From: Parcubacteria group bacterium Gr01-1014_30
Lineage (GTDB): Bacteria > Patescibacteriota > Minisyncoccia > Minisyncoccales > 2-12-FULL-40-12
Direction of reading: 5' to 3'
DNA length: 64,000 nt
Assembly (NCBI GenBank): GCA_007376185.1
Contig: VMFS01000001.1
Location: 10,768 to 74,767, forward strand
The notes beneath the pieces are model-generated. The model was not told where the DNA came from. It searched no databases and saw only the letters and a list, made by a program, of their open reading frames with translations. This document shows positions 32,991 to 40,982 of this stretch, one piece after another. Positions within the stretch are counted from its first letter, which is position 1. Each line of letters opens with the position of its first letter. The translations under genes were made by a program, and so were the position numbers.

Positions 32991-33308
32991 ATGGGTAAAA
33001 TTTTCTGGACTACGCACTCAAAACAAAAAATGCGTTATTACCAGCTGTCGGAAAAAAGAGTTCTGAGAGTGTTGAGAAAACCCAACAGAAAAGAAGAAGG
33101 CATTGTTGATGGAACAATCGCCAATATGCAGATAGCTGGTACCAAGAAACGGCCAACTGAGGTTTGGACTATGTACGTAATTTTGAAAAGACCAAAAGGC
33201 GTTAAAATCATCAGTGCCTGGCGCTACCCCGGCAGGACTCCTCAGGGCCAAAGGCCTATTATTCCAGACGACGTTCTAAAAGATATACTAAAAGAGCACT
33301 TAAAATAA
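32991..33308 (+). CDS. DUF4258-like small protein (hypothetical)
   Basis: Start reset to MGKIFWTTHSKQKMRYYQLSEKRVLRVLRKP; the upstream 28 codons of the listed ORF are the hairpin element. Confidence 0.45.
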   Translation: MGKIFWTTHSKQKMRYYQLSEKRVLRVLRKPNRKEEGIVDGTIANMQIAGTKKRPTEVWTMYVILKRPKGVKIISAWRYPGRTPQGQRPIIPDDVLKDILKEHLK

Positions 33309-33320
33309 TTCTGTAAGATT

Positions 33321-34565
33321 ATGCAATTCGTCGCTGACTTTCATATACACTCAAAATACTCGAGAGCGACCTCAAAGGAGATGAACTTGGAACAGCTTGA
33401 CAAGTGGGCAAAGCTAAAAGGCATTAAGGTTTTAAGTTGTGGCGACTTCACGCATCCAGAATGGTTCAAAGAGCTGAAAGAAAAATTGGAGGAACAAGAG
33501 CCCGGGCTTTATAAACTGAAGAATTCCGCCAGCGGCACCAGGTTTATTCTTACGACAGAAATCAGCTGTATTTACTCAAAAAAAAATAAAGTTCGTAAAA
33601 TCCACATTTTGATTTTCGCTCCTTCGCTTGAGTCGGCGGAAAAAATTAACGCTAACTTGAGCTGGATAGGCAACCTGAAAGCTGACGGCAGGCCCATTTT
33701 GGGAATTGACGCAAAAGAGCTGGCCAAAATTGTCTTGAACGTTTCAGAAGAATGTTTAGTCGTTCCGGCTCATGCGTGGACGCCTTGGTTCAGCATCTTC
33801 GGGTCAAAATCCGGTTTTGACTCAATTGAAGAATGTTTTGAAGAATACTCCAAATATATTTACGCCATTGAAACAGGTTTATCAAGCTCGCCAGGTATGA
33901 ACTGGCGGTTGTCGACTCTAGATAAAATAACTCTTATTTCAAACAGCGACAGCCACTCTGCCAGAAAAATAGGCAGGGAAGCAAACGTTTTTGACACAGA
34001 ACTTTCTTTTGCCGCAATCGCTGAAGCTATAAAGAATAAAAACCCGCAAAAACTTTTATACACGGTTGAGTTTTTCCCCGAGGAAGGAAAATACCATTGG
34101 GACGGCCATCGTCTTTGCCAAGTAAGTTTGGCGCCTGAGGAGTCAAAAAAATCACAAAACATTTGCCCAAAATGCGGTAAAAACTTAACGATCGGTGTGC
34201 TGAACAGGATTGAGGAATTAGCCGACAGGCCAGATGGTTCAAAGCCACCCCAAGCCATCCCCTTCAAAAGCTTGATTCCTTTAGAGGAAATAATTGCCGA
34301 CGCTCTGGGCGTATTGCCAGGCGCCAAACAAGTTGAGTCTGAATACAAAACCTTAACTGAAAAATTTGGTTCTGAGTTTGAAGTTTTGCTGAACGTTTCT
34401 CGCCAAGATTTAGAAAAGGCCTCATCTTCAAAAATAGCTGAAGGCGTTGAAAGAGTGCGAGAGGGCAAAGTTCAAATTTCTCCGGGCTACGACGGTGTTT
34501 ACGGGAAAATTAAAATTTTCTCTGAAGGCAAACCAGCACCGTCAAGTCAAAAGTCGCTTTTTTAA
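33321..34565 (+). CDS. Endonuclease Q-like PHP-domain nuclease
   Basis: 414 aa. DFHIHSKYSRATS, VPAHAWTPWFS, SNSDSHS, GKYHWDGHR, and zinc finger CPKCGKNLTIGVLNRIEELAD, collinear with archaeal/Bacillus EndoQ. Confidence 0.8.
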   Translation: MQFVADFHIHSKYSRATSKEMNLEQLDKWAKLKGIKVLSCGDFTHPEWFKELKEKLEEQEPGLYKLKNSASGTRFILTTEISCIYSKKNKVRKIHILIFAPSLESAEKINANLSWIGNLKADGRPILGIDAKELAKIVLNVSEECLVVPAHAWTPWFSIFGSKSGFDSIEECFEEYSKYIYAIETGLSSSPGMNWRLSTLDKITLISNSDSHSARKIGREANVFDTELSFAAIAEAIKNKNPQKLLYTVEFFPEEGKYHWDGHRLCQVSLAPEESKKSQNICPKCGKNLTIGVLNRIEELADRPDGSKPPQAIPFKSLIPLEEIIADALGVLPGAKQVESEYKTLTEKFGSEFEVLLNVSRQDLEKASSSKIAEGVERVREGKVQISPGYDGVYGKIKIFSEGKPAPSSQKSLF

Positions 34566-34576
34566 CTTTTATAAAC

Positions 34577-34604
34577 CAAAAACCCCGCTATAAGCGGGGT
34601 TTTT
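34577..34604. terminator. Bidirectional terminator between convergent genes
   Basis: A6-CCCCGCT-ATA-AGCGGGG-T5. Confidence 0.7.
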
Positions 34605-34621
34605 GCGCTGCTCGCGAGATA

Positions 34622-34825
34622 CTAGAATCTCCTAGGTCTGCTGTCACGAAACTTTCTCATGCAGTCCTGACACCTGATGGTGTCCAAGCGCGCCGGGTCT
34701 GGCTGAAAAGGCAGTTGGGTAACCGGAGTTCCGCAGTCCTTGCATTTGATGTTCATTTCGGTTACGTCGTACATCTGCCTTTGGAAGCCGCCTGAGCGGT
34801 TTTCGTCAAACTTTTGAAATGCCAT
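34622..34825 (-). CDS. CxxC...CxxC zinc-ribbon protein
   Basis: 67 aa. CKDCGTPVTQLPFQPDPARLDTIRCQDC. Matches a family common in CPR genomes. Confidence 0.7.
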   Translation of the reverse strand: MAFQKFDENRSGGFQRQMYDVTEMNIKCKDCGTPVTQLPFQPDPARLDTIRCQDCMRKFRDSRPRRF

Positions 34826-34890
34826 GTAATTTGAGTGTTAAATAAAAAGCGACCTTTTTTGACTTCTAAGCCGCTTTCTACTTAACTTTG

Positions 34891-34960
34891 CCCCGTATAT
34901 CATCTTCCAGTCGCCTGCGGCGATTTGCGCGCGGAGCGCGCTGGAAGTTGTATTACGGGG
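34891..34960 (-). repeat. Hairpin element, copy 2 (inverted relative to copy 1)
   Basis: CCCCGTATATCATCTTCCAGTCGC ... GCTGGAAGTTGTATTACGGGG. Confidence 0.7.
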
Positions 34961-35308
34961 CTTTGGCTTTTTAAGCTTACTTAAGATATCCAACGACTTA
35001 TACTGTCTAGAGCCATTATACACTACTCAAAAGAAATGTCAACTGCTCTGTGTATCTTTACAGTACGGCTCGAAACCATTTTCTGAAAAATTGCTAACGC
35101 AATTTTGAAACTTCTCCAAATCCGCTCGGGTGCGGCGGAAGGAGGGGGCAAAAAGAAAAAGGGATAATAATTTGGAAAGAAATTCGCGAAGTTCTTTTTT
35201 CGTTTTGGCTTGATTATTATTGACATTTCTTGTAATGTGATTTTGGTATTAAGCCCGATTGTCGGGCTTAAATCGTACATTCCCAACTAAAAACAGGAGG
35301 ACAGCGAC

Positions 35309-36148
35309 ATGAATGACCGAAACTTCCGACAGATGCTGGAAGCCCAGTGGTCTCGCGGCAATTTCGTCTGCGTCGGACTCGACAGCGAGTTTGGCAAGAT
35401 TCCAGAATCGGTAAAAACGGATCGTCGGGAGGACTACATAGAGACCGTAGTTGACTTCAACAACAAGATCGTTGAGGCAACGAAAGACCTCGTGTGCGCC
35501 TACAAGCCGAACGCCGCGTTTTACGAGGCGCACGGCGTAGAGGGTATGAGAGCTTTGCGCCATACGATCGAGAACATCCATCTGATGGCGCCAGACGTTC
35601 CGGTGATTCTCGACGCGAAGCGCGCGGACATCGGCAATACCAACGCGGGCTACGTGGATGCGGCATTCGGCTTTCTGCGTGCGGACGCAATCACAGTGCA
35701 TCCGTATCTCGGAGCCGAAGCGCTTCAGCCATTCCTCGCACGAGCGGAGAAGGGTGTCATCGTGCTTTGTCGCACTTCCAATCCGGGCGCGGGCGAGTTT
35801 CAGGATTTGTCCGTGAACGGCGAGCCGCTCTATCGCTTCGTCGCGCGTCGTGTAGCAAGCGAGTGGAACAAGAACGGCAACTGCGCGCTCGTCGTGGGCG
35901 CAACGTATCCCGATGAACTCCGCGAAGTCCGCGGACTCGTCAGCGATATGCCGATTCTCATTCCGGGCATCGGCGCGCAAGGTGGCGACGTGGAGAAGAC
36001 CGTTTCCGCGGGCAAGAACAGCCGCGGACAGGGCATGATCGTGAACTCCTCGCGTGGCATCATCTTCGCCTCGAAAGGCGCGGACTTCGCGGAAGTGGCT
36101 CGACGCGAGACCGAGAAGCTCCGCGATCTCATCAACCAGCACCGATAG
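35309..36148 (+). CDS. pyrF: Orotidine 5'-phosphate decarboxylase (long, type 2)
   Basis: 279 aa. NFVCVGLDSE, ILDAKRADIGNT, PGIGAQGG. SD AGGAGG at 35295-35300. Confidence 0.9.
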   Translation: MNDRNFRQMLEAQWSRGNFVCVGLDSEFGKIPESVKTDRREDYIETVVDFNNKIVEATKDLVCAYKPNAAFYEAHGVEGMRALRHTIENIHLMAPDVPVILDAKRADIGNTNAGYVDAAFGFLRADAITVHPYLGAEALQPFLARAEKGVIVLCRTSNPGAGEFQDLSVNGEPLYRFVARRVASEWNKNGNCALVVGATYPDELREVRGLVSDMPILIPGIGAQGGDVEKTVSAGKNSRGQGMIVNSSRGIIFASKGADFAEVARRETEKLRDLINQHR

Positions 36149-36163
36149 AAAGGAGGTGAAATC

Positions 36164-36799
36164 ATGAACGAGCAAGAAGTTCTGCAAGTCCTCGGCAAGG
36201 TCGGAGCGGTCATCGCCGACAGCCACATCGTCTACACGTCAGGGCTACACGGCACGGCATACGTCAACAAGGATGCGGTCTATCCGCACACTGCGGAAAC
36301 GTCCCGCCTCTGCCGCGCAATCGCCGAGCGGTTCGCGGATGACAACGTGCAAGTGGTCATCGCCCCAGCAATCGGCGGCGTGATTCTCTCGCAGTGGACG
36401 GCACATCATCTCTCCGAAATGAACGGCCACGAAGTGTTCGGAGTCTACGCCGAGAAGTCCGAAGGCGGAGACGCCTTCGTCATCAAGCGTGGCTACGACA
36501 AGCTCATCGCTGGCAAGAATGTTCTGGTGGTGGAAGATGTTCTCACCACTGGCGGCTCTGCCAAGAAAGTGGTCGAAGCCACGCGAGCCATCGGCGGCAA
36601 CGTCGTTGGTCTCGGAGTCCTCTGCAACCGCGGAGGAATCACGCCGCAAGATGTGGCAGACGTTCCGAAGCTCACATCGCTCGTGAACGTGAAGCTCGAC
36701 GCGTGGGACGAGGCAACTTGTCCGCTTTGCGAGCAGAACGTTCCGGTCAACACGGATGTCGGCAAGGGGCGCGAGTTCCTCGCACGCAAGCAAGCATGA
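36164..36799 (+). CDS. pyrE: Orotate phosphoribosyltransferase
   Basis: 211 aa. PRPP-binding motif VLVVEDVLTTGGS. SD AAGGAGGTGA at 36150-36159. Confidence 0.9.
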   Translation: MNEQEVLQVLGKVGAVIADSHIVYTSGLHGTAYVNKDAVYPHTAETSRLCRAIAERFADDNVQVVIAPAIGGVILSQWTAHHLSEMNGHEVFGVYAEKSEGGDAFVIKRGYDKLIAGKNVLVVEDVLTTGGSAKKVVEATRAIGGNVVGLGVLCNRGGITPQDVADVPKLTSLVNVKLDAWDEATCPLCEQNVPVNTDVGKGREFLARKQA

Positions 36800-36817
36800 A
36801 TCCGCAACGGGTTCCAC

Positions 36818-36856
36818 GGGTTCGCTATCGTAAGGTAGCGAACCCTTTTTCTTTTT
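36818..36856 (+). terminator. Rho-independent terminator after pyrE
   Basis: GGGTTCGCTA / TAGCGAACCC 10-bp stem followed by TTTTTCTTTTT. Confidence 0.75.
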
Positions 36857-36880
36857 GTAGAAATTTCAAGGAGCAAATTT

Positions 36881-36933
36881 ATTGCGAAAACAAATTTTTT
36901 CAGCTATCATTTAGTTGTATTTGTTTTCGCAAT
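36881..36933. repeat. Perfect 15-bp inverted repeat
   Basis: ATTGCGAAAACAAAT (36881-36895) and ATTTGTTTTCGCAAT (36919-36933), with a 23-nt loop. Confidence 0.7.
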
Positions 36934-37127
36934 TGTCGGCGCAGAGTAAATCAAGCTATACACTTAAATTACTCTCAATGAGCTTGTCCAACAGCTTAGA
37001 GGGCGGGGCGGGTCTACCTTGGGGTGGTTATACAACAGACCCAGGGCTCCTGTTCCCCTCCTTTAGGAGGGTGGACAGGAGAACTCGCGAAGCGAGTTTA
37101 ATTAACGAAGTAATTTTGCGGGCTCTA

Positions 37128-37583
37128 TTATAGCGGGCAATCAACCACTGCCCAGCCGCCGTCTGCCAAACCAGTCCACTCCATTACTCCGATTACATCA
37201 AAGAACAAGCTGACAATTATCCAAGCGGCGTAAATCAAAACCAATCCGATTATTGTCCAAGTGAAGGTTTGCTTGGCTCTTGAAAGCAAAGCTGGACCCC
37301 CCTCTCCTCCCTTTGCCACCACGCCAAAGTAGGCAAACACATACATAAACCCGCCGATGGCTATCATTAAAATGGCTAAGGGTGGAACAATCCTGGTTAA
37401 AAGGTACTGAACTACGTTTTGGAAAAGAACAAAGATGTGACAAAGCTGACACGCTGGCTCATCTTGCCCTCCGCAAGGCACGAGCCCAGCCGCAAAAGAA
37501 ACCAAAGGCATGAGCAAGATTCCCAGAATAATCGTTATAAACAAAATTGAAAATTGAAAATTGAAAATTGAAAATTTCCCCAT
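37128..37583 (-). CDS. VirB2/TrbC-like 'pilin' membrane protein
   Basis: 151 aa. Signal-like N-terminus, Cys pairs (CGG..ACQLC), and two long hydrophobic helices around a GGEGGP loop. Same architecture as the N-termini of ORFs 57367 and 62762. Confidence 0.6.
   Translation of the reverse strand: MGKFSIFNFQFSILFITIILGILLMPLVSFAAGLVPCGGQDEPACQLCHIFVLFQNVVQYLLTRIVPPLAILMIAIGGFMYVFAYFGVVAKGGEGGPALLSRAKQTFTWTIIGLVLIYAAWIIVSLFFDVIGVMEWTGLADGGWAVVDCPL
37543..37577. repeat. Heptanucleotide tandem repeat (AAAATTG x4 plus AAAATTT) inside codons 3-14 of the pilin-like gene
   Basis: Read directly. The coding strand is ATTTTCA x4, giving FSIFNFQFSI. Confidence 0.85.
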
Positions 37584-37659
37584 GGTGCGCCTGGTAGGAT
37601 TCGAGCCTACAGCCTGCGGTTCCGAAGACCGCCGCTCTATCCGGTTGAGCTACAGGCGC
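37583..37659 (-). tRNA. tRNA-Arg (anticodon UCG), CCA encoded
   Basis: GCGCCTG-TA-GCTC..GAGC-G-GCGGT-CT[TCG]GA-ACCGC-AGGCT-GTAGG-CTCGAAT-CCTAC-CAGGCGC-A-CCA. Confidence 0.9.
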
Positions 37660-37699
37660 GCAAGCCTACTCTACCACAAAAATTGAAAAAAACAAGAAA

Positions 37700-37815
37700 A
37701 TCAATTAGAATTAGGAATAAAGAATGGGAATTTTGAATAAAGAATTTAGAGAAACCCCCTTTATTCTGAACCCTATATTCTCACCCTTAATTCTTAATTC
37801 ATAATTCTGTATTCT
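37700..37815. repeat. GAAT-word palindromic intergenic element
   Basis: AGAATTAGGAATAAAGAATGGGAATTTTGAATAAAGAATTTAGAG ... CTTTATTCTGAACCCTATATTCTCACCCTTAATTCTTAATTCATAATTCT. Arms are imperfect. Confidence 0.45.
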
Positions 37816-37830
37816 TGTTTGCGTTTTAAC

Positions 37831-39279
37831 ATGAAAATCCCTGCCCAAGTAAAAGAAGTTATTAACAAATTACAGAAAAGCGACTTTGAGGCCTACGTTG
37901 TCGGCGGGTGCGTGAGGGATTTGTTGCGCGGCGTGGAACCTGGCGATTGGGATGTGGCGACTTCGGCAAAACCAGAAGAAATTCAAAAAGTATTTCCGAA
38001 AAGTTTTTATAGCAACCAATTCTTCACGGTAACAGTTCAAACTGGCGGCACCAAAGCCCAACTTAAAGAAGTGGAAGTTACGACTTTCAGGAAAGAGGCA
38101 AAATATACCGACAAAAGACACCCAGACAAAGTTGAGTTCGCCAACTCGCTTAAAGAGGACTTGGCAAGGAGAGATTTCACTATAAACGCAATAGCCGCTG
38201 ACAGTAAACTTGAAATAACCGATCCTTTCTCGGGGCAAAAAGATCTTAAAAGTAAAGTTATTCGGTCTGTTGGAAATCCGCAAGATCGCTTTAATGAAGA
38301 CGCTTTGAGAATGATGAGAGCTGTCCGGTTGGCTACGGCTTTGGGGTTCGCTATCGAGCCAAAAACGGCTGACGCAATTAAAAAAAACTCTCCCTGGCTG
38401 CAGGCGATTTCCAAGGAAAGAATCAGAGACGAATTCGTAAAAATCGTTATGACAGAAAAGGCGGCAGAGGGCGTGGAACTGTTAAGAGAGCTTGGCCTTT
38501 TAAGATATATTGTTCCAGAATTGGAAGAGGGCTACGGAGTGGGGCAAAACAAACACCACATTTACGACTGCTATCACCACAACCTTTATGCCCTAAAGTA
38601 TGCCGCTCAACAGAACTTCAGCAGAGACGTTCGTCTGGCCTCCCTACTGCACGACATAGCCAAGCCGAGGGTGAAAAAAGGAGAAGGGCCCGATTCTACT
38701 TTTTACAATCACGAGGTCGTTGGCGCCAAAATGACGGCTCAAATTTTAAGCCGCTTGAGGTTTGCCAAAAAAGACATTGAAAAAATAGCCAAGCTTGTCA
38801 GATACCATCTTTTTTACTACAATGTCGGCGAAGTAGGGACATCCTCGGTAAGACGGCTGGTAAGGCAGGTGAGCCCTGAAAATATGGAAGAGCTTTTGCA
38901 GGTGAGACAGGCAGACAGAATCGGCTCTGGAGTTCCCAAGGCAGAACCCTACAAATTGAGGCACTTAAAGTACTTGATTGAAAAAGTGAGCAAAGATCCC
39001 ATCTCTCCGAAAATGCTCAAAGTTTCTGGCAACGACGTAATGAAGGTTTTGAAAATAGGGCAAGGGCCAAGAGTGGGGCAAGTTTTGGACGTTCTGCTCG
39101 GCTATGTGCTGGAAGACCCGAAGAAAAACAAGCGGGATTTTTTGGAAAAAGAAATTGAAAAACTGGGTAAGCTATCCGACGAAAAATTAAAAAAATTATC
39201 CGAAATCTCCAGAAAAGAAAGAGAAAAACTGGAAACAAAAAGGGACAAAATGACAAAGAAGAAATATTGGGTTACTTAA
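37831..39279 (+). CDS. cca: CCA-adding enzyme (tRNA nucleotidyltransferase with HD domain)
   Basis: AYVVGGCVRDLLRG..DWDVAT, RDFTINA, HD region LLHDIAKP. ATG at 37831 is preferred over the TTG at 37819. Confidence 0.9.
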   Translation: MKIPAQVKEVINKLQKSDFEAYVVGGCVRDLLRGVEPGDWDVATSAKPEEIQKVFPKSFYSNQFFTVTVQTGGTKAQLKEVEVTTFRKEAKYTDKRHPDKVEFANSLKEDLARRDFTINAIAADSKLEITDPFSGQKDLKSKVIRSVGNPQDRFNEDALRMMRAVRLATALGFAIEPKTADAIKKNSPWLQAISKERIRDEFVKIVMTEKAAEGVELLRELGLLRYIVPELEEGYGVGQNKHHIYDCYHHNLYALKYAAQQNFSRDVRLASLLHDIAKPRVKKGEGPDSTFYNHEVVGAKMTAQILSRLRFAKKDIEKIAKLVRYHLFYYNVGEVGTSSVRRLVRQVSPENMEELLQVRQADRIGSGVPKAEPYKLRHLKYLIEKVSKDPISPKMLKVSGNDVMKVLKIGQGPRVGQVLDVLLGYVLEDPKKNKRDFLEKEIEKLGKLSDEKLKKLSEISRKEREKLETKRDKMTKKKYWVT

Positions 39280-39371
39280 TCCGAAGGATTAAGTAAGGGT
39301 TCTATCATTGGGGAGTTTATATAATGAACCCAGGGGTGTCGCACCCCTCTGGAAGAGGGGGAAGGCACATA

Positions 39372-39442
39372 CGGGGCATAGTATACCGGCAGTACACACC
39401 CTTCGGGAGGGTGAAGATTGAGTTCAATTCTCAATGCCCCGA
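39372..39442 (+). tRNA. tRNA-Pro (anticodon CGG), no encoded CCA
   Basis: CGGGGCA-TA-GTAT..GTAC-A-CACCC-TT[CGG]GA-GGGTG-AAGA-TTGAG-TTCAATT-CTCAA-TGCCCCG-A. Confidence 0.85.
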
Positions 39443-39443
39443 C

Positions 39444-39517
39444 GGGCCATTAGTATAGTGGCAATACACCGCATTCGCATTGCGGAGACGTGAGTTCGAT
39501 TCTCACATGGTCCACCA
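39444..39517 (+). tRNA. tRNA-Ala (anticodon CGC), CCA encoded, G3:U70
   Basis: GGGCCAT-TA-GTAT..ATAC-A-CCGCA-TT[CGC]AT-TGCGG-AGAC-GTGAG-TTCGATT-CTCAC-ATGGTCC-A-CCA. Confidence 0.9.
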
Positions 39518-39583
39518 TTTCAGATTTGGGTCGGAAGTTGCCTCGCGGAGTTTATCCCGCACCGAGCTTGCTCTGGTGCGGGG

Positions 39584-39669
39584 CTCGGCGACCAAATCAT
39601 AAGGTTTTCTGGGCGAAAAAACCAGTTGGCGATTCTGTTTTTGGGAAAAGAAAATTTTTAATCATATAT
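39584..39669 (+). repeat. Cassette left-boundary / leader element, copy B
   Basis: CTCGGCGACCAAATCATAAGGTTTTCTGGGCGAAAAAACCAGTTGGCGATTCTGTTTTTGGGAAAAGAAAATTTTTAATCATATAT|ATG. Matches 10844-10926 (-). Confidence 0.65.
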
Positions 39670-40185
39670 ATGCAAGAAAATTTTTACGATATTTTACCGT
39701 ATATAGTTCTAGTTTTGGTTATTATATCTTTCATAGAGAATCGTAATCGTATTATAGAAAAAGAAAAGGCATATACTTTTTTCAAACAAACAAAAAAGTT
39801 TTTTGTACTTTTCGCAGTCATTCAAAGTTCAATACTCTTATATCTACACTTTTTTGTATATCCGACACTCAACAATGCTTTTAGTGAATCTAATTCTACT
39901 TCTTTTCTTCTAAAAATCAGTCCTTACTCAACTTTTGTCATTATTCCCATTGTAATTGCTGTTACTCTCTTTGCTTATTTTTCAAAATCCATTGCGCAGG
40001 AGTTTGAAGAAAACCTAAAAAAGCATAAAGATGATGTAAAGATTAAGATTAGTGATCTAACCACTGGAAAACTTAAATTATTAATTAATTTAGTAATGTA
40101 CTTACCTCTTTTTGTCATAGTACTTTTTGTGCTTATACCTGGTTTCCAACTAATTTCAGTTGCATCAAATTGGCGGTTAAAGTAA
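39670..40185 (+). CDS. Small polytopic membrane protein (hypothetical)
   Basis: Start reset to MQENFYDILPYIVLVLVIISF; the listed ORF start at 39490 lies inside tRNA-Ala. AT-rich. Confidence 0.55.
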   Translation: MQENFYDILPYIVLVLVIISFIENRNRIIEKEKAYTFFKQTKKFFVLFAVIQSSILLYLHFFVYPTLNNAFSESNSTSFLLKISPYSTFVIIPIVIAVTLFAYFSKSIAQEFEENLKKHKDDVKIKISDLTTGKLKLLINLVMYLPLFVIVLFVLIPGFQLISVASNWRLK

Positions 40186-40189
40186 TTAT

Positions 40190-40597
40190 ATGAAAAAATT
40201 GATACTTAAATATCCTTTGGCTACTTGGATGAGTATAGGATACTTAATTTTTATCGCGATCTTATTTATCGGCATTTTTCTAAACCGTTTTGCTGTATTT
40301 GGTGAATTTGGAGACGCACTTAGTATGACATTTTTCCTTTGGCCATATCCATTAGTCCTAGCTTTGCAAACTTGGATAAATCCTAGTGGTATCAATTTTT
40401 TGTTATTTGCATATCCTCTTGGGCTTGGCTTGGTCATTTTTTTCGGATTTTACTTACAACGACTGCTTAAAATTTCTAATGAGTCACCGTATTCTCATGT
40501 GTGGTCAATTTTGTTATTTCCCATTCCTTTAATACTATTGCAGGTTTTTGTTGCTGGGTTTGTATATTTTGTTTTGGGTTTACCGATTGGGGAGTAA
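40190..40597 (+). CDS. Small polytopic membrane protein (hypothetical)
   Basis: 135 aa with about 4 hydrophobic helices. No family recognised. Confidence 0.5.
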   Translation: MKKLILKYPLATWMSIGYLIFIAILFIGIFLNRFAVFGEFGDALSMTFFLWPYPLVLALQTWINPSGINFLLFAYPLGLGLVIFFGFYLQRLLKISNESPYSHVWSILLFPIPLILLQVFVAGFVYFVLGLPIGE

Positions 40598-40630
40598 TTT
40601 TTTAATCATGGCCTGTCACCTTTAACTATT

Positions 40631-40975
40631 ATGGAAGACACACCAAGTAATAACCAAAATCAACAATATTCTTCAAAGCCGGGAAAGATTCTTGCATATC
40701 TTTTTCTTAGTGCTTCAGTGGTAGTTTCTGGTTTGTTCTTTTTTAGTAAATGGGCAATTAACGCAGAATCATTTGGAAAATATGATCTGGGCTATGGGAT
40801 ATTTTTTTCATTTGTTTTTGCTTCTCTCATTTATGTCTCCTTGGGACTTGCCTTTCTTAGTTTTCTGGCAGCGCTGATAAATTTTTTCCGCCATCGCCCA
40901 GTTCGAATATATCTTTTGAGCATGGTTCTTGCATTGTTACCGATGGGCTATCTATTTTTGATTGATATAATATAG
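40631..40975 (+). CDS. Small membrane protein (hypothetical)
   Basis: 114 aa with 3 hydrophobic helices after a polar N-terminus. Confidence 0.5.
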   Translation: MEDTPSNNQNQQYSSKPGKILAYLFLSASVVVSGLFFFSKWAINAESFGKYDLGYGIFFSFVFASLIYVSLGLAFLSFLAALINFFRHRPVRIYLLSMVLALLPMGYLFLIDII

Positions 40976-40982
40976 GGATAAG

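Larger units (their letters stand above)
35255..36856. other. GC-rich island 2 carrying pyrF-pyrE (boundaries approximate)
   Basis: Abrupt rise in GC by eye. A 325-aa antisense shadow ORF. AGGAGG-type SDs, unlike the native genes. Own terminator. Confidence 0.7.

Noticed and set aside
35249-36228. Long minus-strand ORFs (325 aa and 132 aa), plus several others, overlapping pyrF and pyrE.
   Set aside because: They are Ala/Arg/Leu-rich and lack motifs, and lie antisense to two genes with clear catalytic motifs. These are typical shadow ORFs of GC-rich DNA.
39490-39669. N-terminal 60 codons of ORF 39490..40185.
   Set aside because: The start lies inside tRNA-Ala and the stretch is the conserved left boundary repeat. 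The ATG at 39670 begins the hydrophobic protein.
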